64,000 bases of DNA from Ostreococcus lucimarinus (GCA_000092065.1 CP000587.1); one strand, 5' to 3'; shown: positions 9,438-19,967, numbered from the stretch's first letter. Numbers and translations: made by a program. The notes: generated by a model from the letters alone, not told the origin.

Positions 9438-11849
9438 ATGGACCGGCGAGATGAGGCTGGTGCGGTCGCGTCCTCGTCTGCACCCGCGACGCGCGCTCGA
9501 GCGTTGTTCGCGCGCAGGAAGCCGGCGTTTTCAGCCTCGTTCGCGCGATCACGATCGAACGCGGGAGAGGTGGAAGCCGCGCTTCGCGCCGTCGAGAGCA
9601 AGCTCGCGGAGGAAAAGGGAAAACTCGACGACAGCCAAAGAGCGCACCCACTCGCGGGGAAGGCGCGAGTTGAATTGAACGACGGTGATGTCTATCGCGG
9701 GCCGTGGAACGATCACTCGCCGGTGGGATACGGACGATATTCGTGGGCGAACGGGAACGAATACGTGGGCGAATTCCACGACGGCAAGCCGAGCGGGCGA
9801 GGAACGTACGAGTGGGCGCACGGCGGGGTGTACAAGGGCAATTTCGAACACGGTTTGATGCACGGGGAAGGGACGTATACGGCGTCGGACGGTGCGAAGT
9901 ACCACGGGTCTTGGAGACGGGGGAAAAAGCATGGTTTAGGCATACAGCATTTTACCAACGGCGACTGCTACGAGGGACTGTGGAACGATGGGGTCGGCCA
10001 CGGACCGGGAACGTACAGATGGAAGGCGCTCGAAGGCGAAGAAGGACACGACGAGTTCGATGGTGAGTGGCTTAATGGGAAAATGCACGGATGGGGCACC
10101 TTGCGGTGGGGATCGGGCGATCGATACGATGGTAACTGGTCCGTGGGACAAATTTCCGGCAGCGGTGTCATGACTTGGTGCGACGGGTCATCTTTTAGTG
10201 GGCGATGGAAATGCGGTAAGAAGGACGGGTCGGGTGCGTTCATGTTGTCTGGGGGTGAAAGTTCTAGTGTTACTCGAAACAATATCAAACTCAGCGTGCA
10301 AATCAACCGATCAGCGAGGCCCAAGACAAGTTTTGATGACAGCGAAGGCGAGGAAATTATCGCCGCAGATCTAGGCAACACATACTTGTTGCTCTGCGAG
10401 TGCTCTGAGGATCAAATCTTGAAGAAAGAAGTCGTCGAGACCGATGGTGTGGCCCACAAACATTCGTTGTGGACGAGTCCGATGGCGAGTAGATCACGAA
10501 AGGTCCGTAAAGTCCGGCATGGAGAAACTATTTACAAAGGTCACGGGAGTTACGACTTGATGCTACAACTGCGCGTTGGCATTCGTTGGAGTGTGAGCAG
10601 CATGCAAGAGTTCTCGGACGTCGCTTTGCAAACTTGTAGCTTTGACGTAAGCCTCAAGCAACAGTTTCCTCGCGGTGGCTCTGCGAAAACGCCGCCGCAC
10701 TTCGCTCGAACGTTCAAGTGGAAAGAATATAGACCAGAAGTTTTTCGACATTTACGTGCGCGTTGGCGAGTAGATCCCGCACAGTTTATGCTGTCGCTGT
10801 GTGGTGATCAAGCGCTGAGAGAGCTGTCTTCGCCTGGTAAGTCCGGGAGTGTGTTTTACATATCTCACGACGATCAATTCATCATCAAAACGATGCGAAA
10901 GTCGGAAATGGTGCGACTCAAGTCTTGGTTGCATGTGTATTACCAACACGTTCACGATTACCCCGAGACGTTATTGCCAAAGTTTTACGGCTTGTATAGC
11001 ATCAAAGCGGCTGGCACTGCGAGGAAGGTACGGGTGGTTGTCATGTCGAATCTCTTCTCCGCCAAGCACCCGATACACAAGACTTTTGATCTCAAAGGCT
11101 CGACACACGGACGTTTCACGAAGCTGGAAAACGCGACGCCACACACCGTGTTGAAAGACTTGGATATTTCTAGAAAATTCCGCGTTGAAGAAGGGAAACG
11201 AGATAAACTCATCGAGCAATTGAACAAAGATTGTATATTTCTGCAGAAATTACGTGTCATGGATTACAGTCTCCTCGTTGGAGTACACGTCCTGCCTCCA
11301 GCGTTGGGGCGCGGACGACTCGCTTCCCCACGTTACAGCGAAGTCGGCGCCACCTCGCCAGTACAAGAAGAATCTGGTTCGCCTTGGGGCGGGGCGGAAT
11401 GGCGAGATCACGTCATGCAATCGGTTCGTCGAAATATGAAAGCACTCGACTTGTACAACGACCGAAAACAGTTTGGCTTCGCGCACGGGATGGAGGAAGT
11501 CTCGCCGAGCGAGCAAGCCTCGCTGCGACCGCCACCGGGAACAGACGACCTCATCGCGCACTCTACTGGAGCAGCAAAGTCCAAGTTGGGCGTCGCTATG
11601 GCCGCAGTCTCCGTGCACGGGCGTATTTTGACGAAGCAACCTCCAGTTGAGTCCCCTATCGAAGAGCACACGGAGCCTCAAGACGTCATTCTATACCTCG
11701 GCATCATTGATATCTTGCAGGAATACACGACGTCGAAAAATTTAGAGACCAAGATGATGGGTGTGATGGGTAAAAAGTCTTTCTCCTCCATCGATCCGAC
11801 GAATTACGCGAAACGGTTCCTGAACTTCATGTCTAATTTGTTTGAATAG
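9438..11849 (+). CDS. PIP5K: Phosphatidylinositol-4-phosphate 5-kinase with N-terminal MORN repeats (plant-type PIP5K)
   Basis: Repeated YxGxWxxGxxHGxGxxxxxxG MORN units, e.g. YRGPWNDHSPVGYGRYSWANGNEYVGEF. The PIPK catalytic domain follows: ..MLSLCGDQALRELSSPGKSGSVFYISHDDQFIIKTMRKSE...YSLLVGVH...LGIIDILQEYTTSKNLE. The ATG at 9438 was checked. Confidence 0.9.
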   Translation: MDRRDEAGAVASSSAPATRARALFARRKPAFSASFARSRSNAGEVEAALRAVESKLAEEKGKLDDSQRAHPLAGKARVELNDGDVYRGPWNDHSPVGYGRYSWANGNEYVGEFHDGKPSGRGTYEWAHGGVYKGNFEHGLMHGEGTYTASDGAKYHGSWRRGKKHGLGIQHFTNGDCYEGLWNDGVGHGPGTYRWKALEGEEGHDEFDGEWLNGKMHGWGTLRWGSGDRYDGNWSVGQISGSGVMTWCDGSSFSGRWKCGKKDGSGAFMLSGGESSSVTRNNIKLSVQINRSARPKTSFDDSEGEEIIAADLGNTYLLLCECSEDQILKKEVVETDGVAHKHSLWTSPMASRSRKVRKVRHGETIYKGHGSYDLMLQLRVGIRWSVSSMQEFSDVALQTCSFDVSLKQQFPRGGSAKTPPHFARTFKWKEYRPEVFRHLRARWRVDPAQFMLSLCGDQALRELSSPGKSGSVFYISHDDQFIIKTMRKSEMVRLKSWLHVYYQHVHDYPETLLPKFYGLYSIKAAGTARKVRVVVMSNLFSAKHPIHKTFDLKGSTHGRFTKLENATPHTVLKDLDISRKFRVEEGKRDKLIEQLNKDCIFLQKLRVMDYSLLVGVHVLPPALGRGRLASPRYSEVGATSPVQEESGSPWGGAEWRDHVMQSVRRNMKALDLYNDRKQFGFAHGMEEVSPSEQASLRPPPGTDDLIAHSTGAAKSKLGVAMAAVSVHGRILTKQPPVESPIEEHTEPQDVILYLGIIDILQEYTTSKNLETKMMGVMGKKSFSSIDPTNYAKRFLNFMSNLFE

Positions 11850-11869
11850 TTAATTTAATTGCTAGCGCC

Positions 11870-12514
11870 CTACTTTACAGCCGACGACGACTTTTCATCC
11901 GCGCCATCGTCGTCAATTTTGTCCGTCTCAGTCTTCTCTGCCTTTTCTAACACGTCCTCCGCCTTCGAAATCAGCGACGCGGCCTTTCTAGAAAAGCTCT
12001 CGCCCGTCTCTAATTCTTCGCTCGCTTCTCGAAACCCTTCTCTATACGCCTTAATGAACTCGCGAACGCCGTCTCTGTACGCCCGCCCTCTGGTCTCGTA
12101 CAAGTATGTCACGAAAGGTTTAAATCCAGCTTTTCCCGCTCGTAGCGTCTGCTTCGCCTCATCGGCGAGTAATCGCCCTTCGTTCGAGTCTTTGTCATCA
12201 CTTTTTATCGTCGTCGACGTTTCGCGCACCGCGCTTCGTCTCGCGTCCTCTGACTCGTCTCGCGTCGACGTCGCCTCTTCTTCCTCTCCTTCGTCTCTTC
12301 GAAACACGTTCACCCAGCTCTGTTTGTACATCTCCCACGCCTTCGTCCACACCTCTTTGTGTTCGTCCAACGTCAATTTCCGCGCGCGCTGCGCTTTATA
12401 CCACGGCGGGTCGTCCATCGCGCGCGGCCAGACGATGTCGCGCGCGTCGCGTTCGAGGTACCGCTTCAGGCGCTGCGCGAGCGTCGCCGTCGCGCGCGCG
12501 CGCGGTCGCGACAT
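11870..12514 (-). CDS. Conserved hypothetical protein with an acidic, coiled-coil-like C-terminus
   Basis: The track ORF 11870..12658 begins at a GTG. The first in-frame ATG is at ~12514 (MSRPRARATATLAQRLKRYLERDARDIVWPRAMDDPPWYKAQ...). I recognise no domain. Confidence 0.4.
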   Translation of the reverse strand: MSRPRARATATLAQRLKRYLERDARDIVWPRAMDDPPWYKAQRARKLTLDEHKEVWTKAWEMYKQSWVNVFRRDEGEEEEATSTRDESEDARRSAVRETSTTIKSDDKDSNEGRLLADEAKQTLRAGKAGFKPFVTYLYETRGRAYRDGVREFIKAYREGFREASEELETGESFSRKAASLISKAEDVLEKAEKTETDKIDDDGADEKSSSAVK

Positions 12515-12720
12515 CGGATCGCCGTCGACGCGCGCGCGCGGTCGCGTGTTCGCACGCGCGCGCGTCGCTCGACCGGTGTCGCGACGCGGTGTCACGACGC
12601 GGACGCGAATGCGACGCGCGACGCGCGATTCGTTTGGACCGACGGCGTCGCCATTCACGCGCGCGCGAGCGTCGTACGCGGGCGCGTGATTCGAGGCGCG
12701 GTACCGACCGGAAGCGGTTT

Positions 12721-12767
<47 letters not shown>

Positions 12768-12780
12768 CGACGACGAGCGA
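12721..12780. repeat. (GAC)n trinucleotide microsatellite, ~17 units, immediately upstream of the V-ATPase C start codon
   Basis: gcgacgacgacgacgacgacgacgacgacgacgacgacgacgacgag... read directly. Confidence 0.9.
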
Positions 12781-12796
12781 CGACTGAACGCGAACG

Positions 12797-13921
12797 ATGA
12801 CGACGACGTATTGGCTCGTGAGTCTACCTCTGCGCGGGTCGAGCGCGGACGCGGCGTGGGCGACGCTGCAGCGACACACGGGCGGGAGCAACGATCTGTC
12901 GCTGAACTATAAGATGCGATGCCCGGACCTGCGCGTGGGGACGCTGGACAGTCTGTTGGCGCTGAGCGATGATTTGGTCAAGGTGAACGCGCTGGCGGAG
13001 CAGGTGGTGGAGAAGGTGCGGCGACAGTTCGGCGAGCTCGGCGACGCGACGACGAGCGAACGAGAACTGCGCGTGGATGGTGAATCCGTCGAACGATATC
13101 TGACGACGTTCGAGTGGGATGAAGCGAAGAATCCGGCTCGACGAGCGTTGAAGGAGACGGTTGAGAAGCTCTCGGAGCGCTTGTCGCGCATCGACGAAGA
13201 GTTCAAATTGAAGTGCGGGCAGTTGGCGACGTCTAAAAATCATCTGAACGCCATCGTTCGTAAAGTTGGGAGCGGGGTGAACGCACAAGATTTGAGCGAC
13301 AAGGTCAATCCCGAGGATTTAGTTCAGACAGAAAACTTGACCACGCTCGTGGTGCAAGTGCCGAAACTGAAGACAGAGGTTTGGACGAGCTCGTACGAGA
13401 CGCTAGCGAGCTTCGTCGTGCCGCGTTCTTCAAAGATTATTCACGTCGAAGATGATTACGAGTTACGAACGGTGGTATTGTTCAGGCGTGTCGTCGATGC
13501 GTTCACGACCGCGGCGCGAGAGATCGGCTGCACTGCTAAGGAGTATTCGCACGATCCTGAAGCGTCGAGAGCGGCGAAATCGCAACGAGGTGCGCTAGAG
13601 CAAGAAGTTGTCCAGAGGAGAGATTCTTTGTTAGAGTGGTGTCAGATAAGCTACGGTGAGGCTTTTAGTACTATGATGCACGTGTGCACGGTGCGCGTAT
13701 TTGTGGAGAGTATTTTGCGCTATGGCTTACCGCCGGATTTTCAAGCCGTCCTCATGCGACCCAATATGAAGCACGTGAGCAAGCTGCGAAAAGTATTGAA
13801 TCAAGAGTTCGGCAAAGACGCCTCGTCGCATTGGGATGACGAAATCGGCGGTGATGAGAAATCTGGCGGCGGTTTGGTGGAAGACATGTACTCGTACGTG
13901 TCTCTGACAATGAAGGTTTAA
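12797..13921 (+). CDS. VHA-C: V-type proton ATPase subunit C
   Basis: MTTTYWLVSLPLRGSSADAAWATLQRHTG..LSLNYKMRCPDLRVGTLDSLLALSDDLVKVNALAEQVVEKV matches the V-ATPase C N-terminus motif for motif. The protein is 374 aa and the ATG at 12797 was checked. Confidence 0.9.
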   Translation: MTTTYWLVSLPLRGSSADAAWATLQRHTGGSNDLSLNYKMRCPDLRVGTLDSLLALSDDLVKVNALAEQVVEKVRRQFGELGDATTSERELRVDGESVERYLTTFEWDEAKNPARRALKETVEKLSERLSRIDEEFKLKCGQLATSKNHLNAIVRKVGSGVNAQDLSDKVNPEDLVQTENLTTLVVQVPKLKTEVWTSSYETLASFVVPRSSKIIHVEDDYELRTVVLFRRVVDAFTTAAREIGCTAKEYSHDPEASRAAKSQRGALEQEVVQRRDSLLEWCQISYGEAFSTMMHVCTVRVFVESILRYGLPPDFQAVLMRPNMKHVSKLRKVLNQEFGKDASSHWDDEIGGDEKSGGGLVEDMYSYVSLTMKV

Positions 13922-14040
13922 CAATGCTCGCAGCGACTAGCGCGCACACGCAACGATAGCATAGACATTAACGAATTCGCAACATCTTCATTGAAAAACA
14001 CTGCATCTACTATCTAAATTTGTCTGCCCTTTCCTCGAAA

Positions 14041-15624
14041 TTAACGGAACGAGAACAACTTACTGAACTTTTCAGCAACCTTGCTAGTCAAGTCGCTGCC
14101 CGATTGAGACTTCGTAACCGAGTCGTCAGCCTCCTGCAACTTGCGCTGTGCTTTCGCAACGCGGACTTCAATCTCTTTGAGAAGTTCAGTGGCTTCATCT
14201 TGGATCTCTCCCGCGCAATCTCGTCCCTCGGCATCCGTGGCGAGATCCGTGGCAATTTCGAAGTATGCCTTTGCCTCTTTGGAATTACCAACTTGCACGT
14301 AGTGACAAGCCAAAGCAACATTTTGTCGCGCCTTGAGCAGCATGACTTCTGCTTCACAGTCTACTTCGAATTCCTCGATATGCTTGTCGGCATCTTCGGG
14401 CTTGAGCCGGAGCAACATCGGCGCCGTTTCCATCAAGTCCTCGTAGTCGACAGTCGCGGCATCGTACATTCGAGCGAGATCGCCAAAATTCAGTTTCTTA
14501 TCAGCCTTCTCTTTCTTCGCGCGACCACTGAGCTTTTTGTCAAGCTGATCGCAAACGAACTTGTTTCGATCGATGAGTTTATCCTTAACGATCAGAGATA
14601 ACGCAATCTCGGTTAACTTGATGCGATCGGCTTTGTCTTCGTCATCCCCCTGCTGATACAGAGCCTTGGCAGTCTCCTTCTCGACGTCGTCGTTGAGTTT
14701 CATGCGAGCTTCATCGTAAAAGGCGATTCCCTTAGCGAATAACATGCCCGCCTTGTGCCCAGTGGCGTTCTTAAGCGCGTCAACCTTGGCCAAGCAGTCT
14801 TGCGCTTGAGCAATGAGCACGCGAGCGTCGCGGTTCTTGAGCTCGAAGTCCATCGCATGCCATCTAATTTTATCTTCAATCTCCGGTGGTGCCTCAACTT
14901 TCATGGTGAACACCTTATTTGATGACAAACCGATCGCGGCTTCCTTCTCCATGGCTTTCAAATCCGCCGTTCGACCTTGTTTGTAGTGCGCAAACCGAAC
15001 GAGGTCCGCGAGGTCCTCCGTTCGCTCTCGGTACAACTCCAAGCGCTTCTGATCCCCGAGCACACCGAGCTTGGCGTACGCAAGCTTTGCGCGAAGAAGT
15101 TTTGTAATAGCACCGACGTAATCCTTCCCTTGCTCCACCGCGCAGACGCCGCCTATGTAGTTGGCGTATGCGTCGCCCTCCAACGCCGTCTGGTCGTTTC
15201 CGAGTCGCTCGCAAAACGTCGCCAACTCGTTCGCGTGCGTCACCGCCTTCTTCAAACGACGAAGCATGTGCTGTCTTAGATCACTCCGCCTTCTCTTGAC
15301 GTTGGTTAAATCCTTCATCTCCATCGCATACGCCCACGCCCGTTCGCTTTGCACGAGCGGAACCAAAAGCGCGCGTTCGTCCGCGATCGTGTTTGCCACC
15401 AAAGGTTTCTTCACGAAGCGTCCTTTACCGTGCTTCATCTTGCACGCCTGGTACAAACGAGCAAGACGACGCGCGCAGTATCCTCGATATCGCGCGTAAT
15501 CGCGGTGTCGTAGCCCGTGCTCACGCTGCGCTGCGGAGATGATCGAGAGAATCTCCAGGGACACATTCGACAGCACAGGTTCCGCGGGCGCGGTGTCGAC
15601 CTGCATGGTGTCCACGGTATCCAT
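14041..15624 (-). CDS. SRP68: Signal recognition particle 68 kDa subunit (SRP68)
   Basis: ..SLEILSIISAAQREHGLRHRDYARYRGYCARRLARLYQACKMKHGKGRFVKKPL.. is the SRP68 RNA-binding-domain signature, and the TPR-like helical remainder fits. The track start at 15711 is a GTG. The first ATG lies at ~15624 (MDTVDTMQVD...). Confidence 0.8.
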   Translation of the reverse strand: MDTVDTMQVDTAPAEPVLSNVSLEILSIISAAQREHGLRHRDYARYRGYCARRLARLYQACKMKHGKGRFVKKPLVANTIADERALLVPLVQSERAWAYAMEMKDLTNVKRRRSDLRQHMLRRLKKAVTHANELATFCERLGNDQTALEGDAYANYIGGVCAVEQGKDYVGAITKLLRAKLAYAKLGVLGDQKRLELYRERTEDLADLVRFAHYKQGRTADLKAMEKEAAIGLSSNKVFTMKVEAPPEIEDKIRWHAMDFELKNRDARVLIAQAQDCLAKVDALKNATGHKAGMLFAKGIAFYDEARMKLNDDVEKETAKALYQQGDDEDKADRIKLTEIALSLIVKDKLIDRNKFVCDQLDKKLSGRAKKEKADKKLNFGDLARMYDAATVDYEDLMETAPMLLRLKPEDADKHIEEFEVDCEAEVMLLKARQNVALACHYVQVGNSKEAKAYFEIATDLATDAEGRDCAGEIQDEATELLKEIEVRVAKAQRKLQEADDSVTKSQSGSDLTSKVAEKFSKLFSFR

Positions 15625-15791
15625 CGCTCGCGCGACCGACGCTACCGACGTCGATTCGTTTCGCGGTCGCGACGCGCGGTGGTCTCGTCGCGAGCACGGA
15701 CGCGAGTGCACGTTTTGGAATGAAGACTGTCTTAGGGCAACAGAACTCGGCGTGTGCGTTTCTCAACGTTTTGAATAAATATAACAAATGC

Positions 15792-16574
15792 TTAAATGGC
15801 ACCGATGTTTTTCAGGAGCGCGGTGTGAGTCGGGAACGGGTCCGATTTACCATCTGCGATCGCTTTTTCGGATAAGCCGTAGAAGTAACCGTTTCGCCAA
15901 GGAAATTCCTTGACGCCGCACGGGAAATGTGCGACAGTCTTTGCGTACGCGATCAGTCGATCGACGGCTCCGGGGGCGAATTTCGCCCCAGTGCACGCGG
16001 TAGTACCAGACAACAATTCTTCGATCAAAGCCACGACTTCATCTTTGTACGTCGTCGCGACGTCGCCAACCTTGGCGCCTTCGTGTTGAGCGCCGACCAG
16101 CATCATCGCGCAAATCCATATCAATTTCTCGTACATGGAACCTTCGTACGTCGGAGCGTCTAAAACGTGGCAACTCAAATCACCGTTATGGAAACGCGCG
16201 GCGACGGCGTCGGCCCACTTGCCCGTCGCCGCCGTGAGACCTTCGGGGTTTAACTCAGTTACCCCGTCGGTTGGCTTGTCGCCGAGAGCGGCGACCGCAA
16301 AATAAATTAGCGCTTGAGTGTTCGCCCCAAGACCTTGCGCATCGAGAAACTGCTGCAGCATCCCGTTTTGCATGAAAACCAAATCTTCTCTGCGGTCGGC
16401 CGGACAATTTTTGATCACATCTTCCAGCACGTCGTTGCGAGTGGCGACGTAAATCGGCCCCGTCTTGGGCTCGCTCGGAAACGCCTCGCCTCGGCGCACG
16501 ACGACGTCGCCCTCGACGCCCATATCCCTCAACGCTTGCCCGACGCGTCCACCACCGATGATAATGGACGGCAT
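15792..16574 (-). CDS. NAD(P)-binding Rossmann-fold protein (ketopantoate-reductase/ApbA-like N-domain)
   Basis: GxGxxG motif MPSIIIGGGRVGQALRDMG. The true ATG is the second codon of the track ORF (~16574). A (GATTG)-type motif sits ~70 bp upstream on the same strand. Confidence 0.45.
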   Translation of the reverse strand: MPSIIIGGGRVGQALRDMGVEGDVVVRRGEAFPSEPKTGPIYVATRNDVLEDVIKNCPADRREDLVFMQNGMLQQFLDAQGLGANTQALIYFAVAALGDKPTDGVTELNPEGLTAATGKWADAVAARFHNGDLSCHVLDAPTYEGSMYEKLIWICAMMLVGAQHEGAKVGDVATTYKDEVVALIEELLSGTTACTGAKFAPGAVDRLIAYAKTVAHFPCGVKEFPWRNGYFYGLSEKAIADGKSDPFPTHTALLKNIGAI

Positions 16575-16863
16575 CACTTCACCTTTCGTCGCGTTCTGCG
16601 CGCGCGACGTTCACACGTCAGTCATTAATCCACGTCTGCAAATCAATCGGCGCGTGGCGGGGTCGCGTCGATGCGTCCTGAACGCACCGTCATGACGCTC
16701 CAGACGCGTCGAACGGAGGTTTTCGCGGCGTGAACGCGAGCGTTAGGGACGATGTTTACTTTCGCGATCGCAGCGTTGGCGTGCATAACGATCTGCGCGC
16801 GCTGGACTGAGGCGCTTCTCGACAGGTGGGGGCTTCGTGTTTTTACAAATATCCACACACGAA

Positions 16864-17919
16864 TCACTCGCGTTGGAGCGCTCGCTCGGCTAAGTACAGG
16901 GCGCTCGTGAGACCGGTTTGATAGCCCCACGCGGGAGGAACGATGAAGTGTCGTAAATAAGCATCGTCCATGATTTGATCGACGGCTAGGTAGCCCTGCA
17001 AGATGTCTCGGACGTTGGCACGAATCTTGCTGAATAAGCACTCGCGCTGCATGACGCCACCGCCGAGGACGATGCGCTCAGGGGCGAGGGTTAAGATGAG
17101 ATTGACGCACATGCCGGCAAGATAATGTGCGGCATGTTCCCAAATGTCATCGTCATCCGGAAGCGATGCGAGCTCGGCGGCTGAGACGCCCCGTCGTTTT
17201 GCCAACGCTCCGCTTCCGACCATGCCTTCCACGCAGTTGCCATGAAACGGACACGTTCCCGCAAACGTTTCCCCTGCTCTCATCTTGACGAACATGTGAC
17301 CCGCCTCAGGATGTAGCATACCGTGCACTGGTAAGCCATTGCACACCACACCAACCCCGACGCCCGTACCCACGGTGACGTAACAACACGACTCGCCGCC
17401 CACGAGATGGACGTGTTTCAACTCGTGTTTCAACGCCCTATGTTCCAACATCGCCGGCGCATTGACGTCCGTTTCAAACGCCAAAGGCACCTGATCGATC
17501 GTGTGCAATCGAGCGCGTCCTCGCCACGCCCTTTCCTCCTCCTCCGTCGCGTCCTTTTTCCCGAACAGACTGCCCAAGACGTCGACGTCTTGCCACCCCG
17601 CCTTCGGCGTCGTCGTGATGTATCCGTACTTGTCTTTATCTGGATTCAGCTCCAACGGCCCGAAAGTCGCCACCCCGATCGCATCCGCGTCCCACGCGTT
17701 GATTTCGATCCACTCTCGTATCGTTCGCAGCGTCTCCTCCGGCGTCGTCGTCTCAAACCTCTGTTCCCGCCCGCCGTCCCTCTTGTTGAAATGCTCCTCC
17801 CCTCGCGCGCTCGACGCGCTGCTCACGCTCGCACCGCCCTCGACGTCGATCTCGATCGCGCGCGCGATCCACGTCGTCCCTCCGCCTTCGATCCCGAGCA
17901 GTTTCATCCGCCTGCCCAT
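16864..17919 (-). CDS. ROK-family sugar kinase (fructokinase / N-acetylglucosamine-kinase-like)
   Basis: MKLLGIEGGGTTW (ATP-binding start), ..LVGGESCCYVTVGTGVGVGVVCNGLPVHG.. and the ROK zinc motif HPEAGHM...GTCPFHGNCVEG. The track start at 18102 is a GTG. The first in-frame ATG is at ~17919. Confidence 0.75.
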   Translation of the reverse strand: MGRRMKLLGIEGGGTTWIARAIEIDVEGGASVSSASSARGEEHFNKRDGGREQRFETTTPEETLRTIREWIEINAWDADAIGVATFGPLELNPDKDKYGYITTTPKAGWQDVDVLGSLFGKKDATEEEERAWRGRARLHTIDQVPLAFETDVNAPAMLEHRALKHELKHVHLVGGESCCYVTVGTGVGVGVVCNGLPVHGMLHPEAGHMFVKMRAGETFAGTCPFHGNCVEGMVGSGALAKRRGVSAAELASLPDDDDIWEHAAHYLAGMCVNLILTLAPERIVLGGGVMQRECLFSKIRANVRDILQGYLAVDQIMDDAYLRHFIVPPAWGYQTGLTSALYLAERALQRE

Positions 17920-18198
17920 CGCGCGCGCTCGCGCGTCGGCGCGCGTCGAGCAATCCCAATCGTTCGCGCGCGGCAACGACCGCGGTCGGTCGGTCGGTCG
18001 GTCGTCGGTCGCGGTCGGTCGACGCGCGTTCGAAATCGCGTACAACGCGTAAATGCGCGCCCAAGAGACGCGCGCGTGCGCGTCGTCATAAGTCTTAAAC
18101 ACTGATCACAAACACGGACACCACGGCCCGATCGCGCGCGCACGCCCTCGCCCTCGCCCCGTCGCATCGACCTCTTTACGCGACGCGAGCGACGAGAC

Positions 18199-18780
18199 AT
18201 GGGTAAGAAAGGAAAAGGTACCGGGTCCTTCGGTTCCCGACGTAACAAATCGCACACTCTGTGCCGACGGTGCGTGTGCGCTCGAGACGACGCGCGCGAC
18301 GCGAGGGAGGCGACGACGCGGGAAGACGACGGTGACCCTAGTAGGGCTTTGGGATGACGACGACTGACGACGACGACGCGACGCCGACGCGTCGTTCGCG
18401 CGCGCAGATGCGGGAAGCGATCGTACCACATTCAAAAGTCTACGTGCGCGGCCTGCGGGTATCCGTCCGCGCGGACGCGTTCATGTACGTGTGCACGATG
18501 CGAAGTCGACTCGACTCGATCGCGGCGGAGCGTCGATCGCGGGCGACGAGCGCCGCGAGACGTGGCGTCTCGCGACGCGCGACGGCGAGCGAGAGCTCGA
18601 AGCGCGCGAGATTGGTGACTGACCTTTCCTTGTTTTCAACGCACAGACAACTGGAGCGTGAAGGCGATCGGCCGCAAGACCACGGGTACCGGCCGCATGC
18701 GCTACTTGAAGACCTTGCCCAGAAGATTTAAGAATGGTTTCCGGGAAGGTACGGAGGCGAAAAAGAAGGTCGCTGCGTAA
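18199..18780 (+). CDS. RPL37: 60S ribosomal protein L37e with three exons, ~18199..18269, ~18408..18484 and ~18647..18780
   Basis: Exon 1 is [23 protein letters not shown], ending at a GTGCGT donor. Exon 2 is (R)[25 protein letters not shown], ending at a GTACGT donor. Exon 3 is [44 protein letters not shown]. The spliced product is a full canonical L37e with its C4 zinc finger. It is anchored to the track ORF 18354..18731, which reads exon 2 out of frame. Intron 2 has a TGACTGAC branch, a pyrimidine tract and a CAG acceptor. Confidence 0.9.
18270..18407 (+). other. RPL37 intron 1 (GTGCGT...CAG)
   Basis: It contains GGGCTTTGGGATGACGACGACTGACGACGAC. The GGG(C)TTTGG(G)AT plus GACTGACGA motif is shared with the transketolase and eIF3a introns. 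Confidence 0.8.
18485..18646 (+). other. RPL37 intron 2 (GTACGT...GGTGACTGACCTTTCCTTGTTTTCAACGCACAG)
   Basis: Classical donor, branch, pyrimidine tract and acceptor are all present. Confidence 0.85.
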
Positions 18781-19019
18781 ACGCGACGTGGTTTCTTTTA
18801 GCGGGGAAGAGTAGGGCGAGTTCTTTTAGGAAGACGAATTTCGAGATGAGTAGTGGGTTGTAACACGATGCGTACTCGGTTGGAATTTTACCTCGAACGA
18901 GTCGACGACGCGCGGGCGAGACGACGACGCGCGCGTCGGTGGCGCGCAAACGCTTGGATGTCGCGCTAAGCTGGCTATATATTCTTACGACATAACTCGG
19001 ACTACGAATTTGAGTCGCG

Positions 19020-19967
19020 TCACATGATGTTGTTGTCGCGCATCAATTTGCGCACTTGCTCGAGCGTCAGAAACATGCACACGTTCCAGCCCCCGAGTCT
19101 GGCAAAGTTGGGTAAGAACCCACCGTAGAACGCCATCGGACCCTCGTTTGCGAGCGTCTTCGTGACGCAATCGACGAAACCTTTGTACTTACCCGTGCTA
19201 TCTCCCATCACTCGCGATTTAACCACGTCCACCGGGCTCCCGACGCAGCACGCGACGAATCCCGCGCCCAACGCCGAGGCGATGTGCGTGACGACGTCGT
19301 CCTTCATCCCCACGCCCAAGAAACTTTGCTTGAACTGATCGTACGACGCGAGCTCGGCGGCATTAACAATCGAGTTACGCATGATGTTGGGCGTCAATCC
19401 CGTCCACAGCGCGGCGAGGCCCTCTTGCCTGACGATGACGCCGTACGCCCCGACTGCGCTTGGATACTTTTTCGGCGTCCCCGGCGCGAGTTTTCCCTCC
19501 GCTTGCATGCGAACCTTGACCAAATCCGTCGGCGACGCCACCATTATCCCAATCCCACCCGTCGTGAGCCCCGCCGCGATTTTCAGGTGCAAGGGCACGT
19601 CCCCCACGTGTTCCTCGCCGACGTAAAACGTCTTCACGGGTTCGTACAACCCGATGCGCAAGCCGCCGAACAGCACCTGGCGATGGATCCCCGGGGTGAT
19701 TCCTTTCCACAGCGCCCCGATCCCCTCCTCCGCCGCCACCGCGCGCATCGTTCCGAGCATCCCAGCGCCCCGGCCGCGCGTCGTCGCCGTCGCCGTCGCG
19801 CTCGCGCCTCGCAGCTGCAGTCGCACCTTGACCGTGTCGAGAGGAATCGTGCAAAACTCCGCGAACGACGCCGAGAACGCGCTCGCGGCGAGGCCGCCGA
19901 GGAAGGGATTCACGAGCGGCGTTTTCGTTTTCGTTCTCGTCGCCGTCGCGTCGCCCTCGCGCGCCAT
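19020..19967 (-). CDS. Mitochondrial carrier family protein (uncoupling-protein / dicarboxylate-carrier-like)
   Basis: Three carrier repeats carry the P-x-[DE]-x-x-[KR] signatures (PLDTVKVRLQ, PTDLVKVRMQ, PVDVVKSRVM). The track start is a GTG. The first ATG is at ~19967 (MAREGD...). Confidence 0.85.
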   Translation of the reverse strand: MAREGDATATRTKTKTPLVNPFLGGLAASAFSASFAEFCTIPLDTVKVRLQLRGASATATATTRGRGAGMLGTMRAVAAEEGIGALWKGITPGIHRQVLFGGLRIGLYEPVKTFYVGEEHVGDVPLHLKIAAGLTTGGIGIMVASPTDLVKVRMQAEGKLAPGTPKKYPSAVGAYGVIVRQEGLAALWTGLTPNIMRNSIVNAAELASYDQFKQSFLGVGMKDDVVTHIASALGAGFVACCVGSPVDVVKSRVMGDSTGKYKGFVDCVTKTLANEGPMAFYGGFLPNFARLGGWNVCMFLTLEQVRKLMRDNNIM

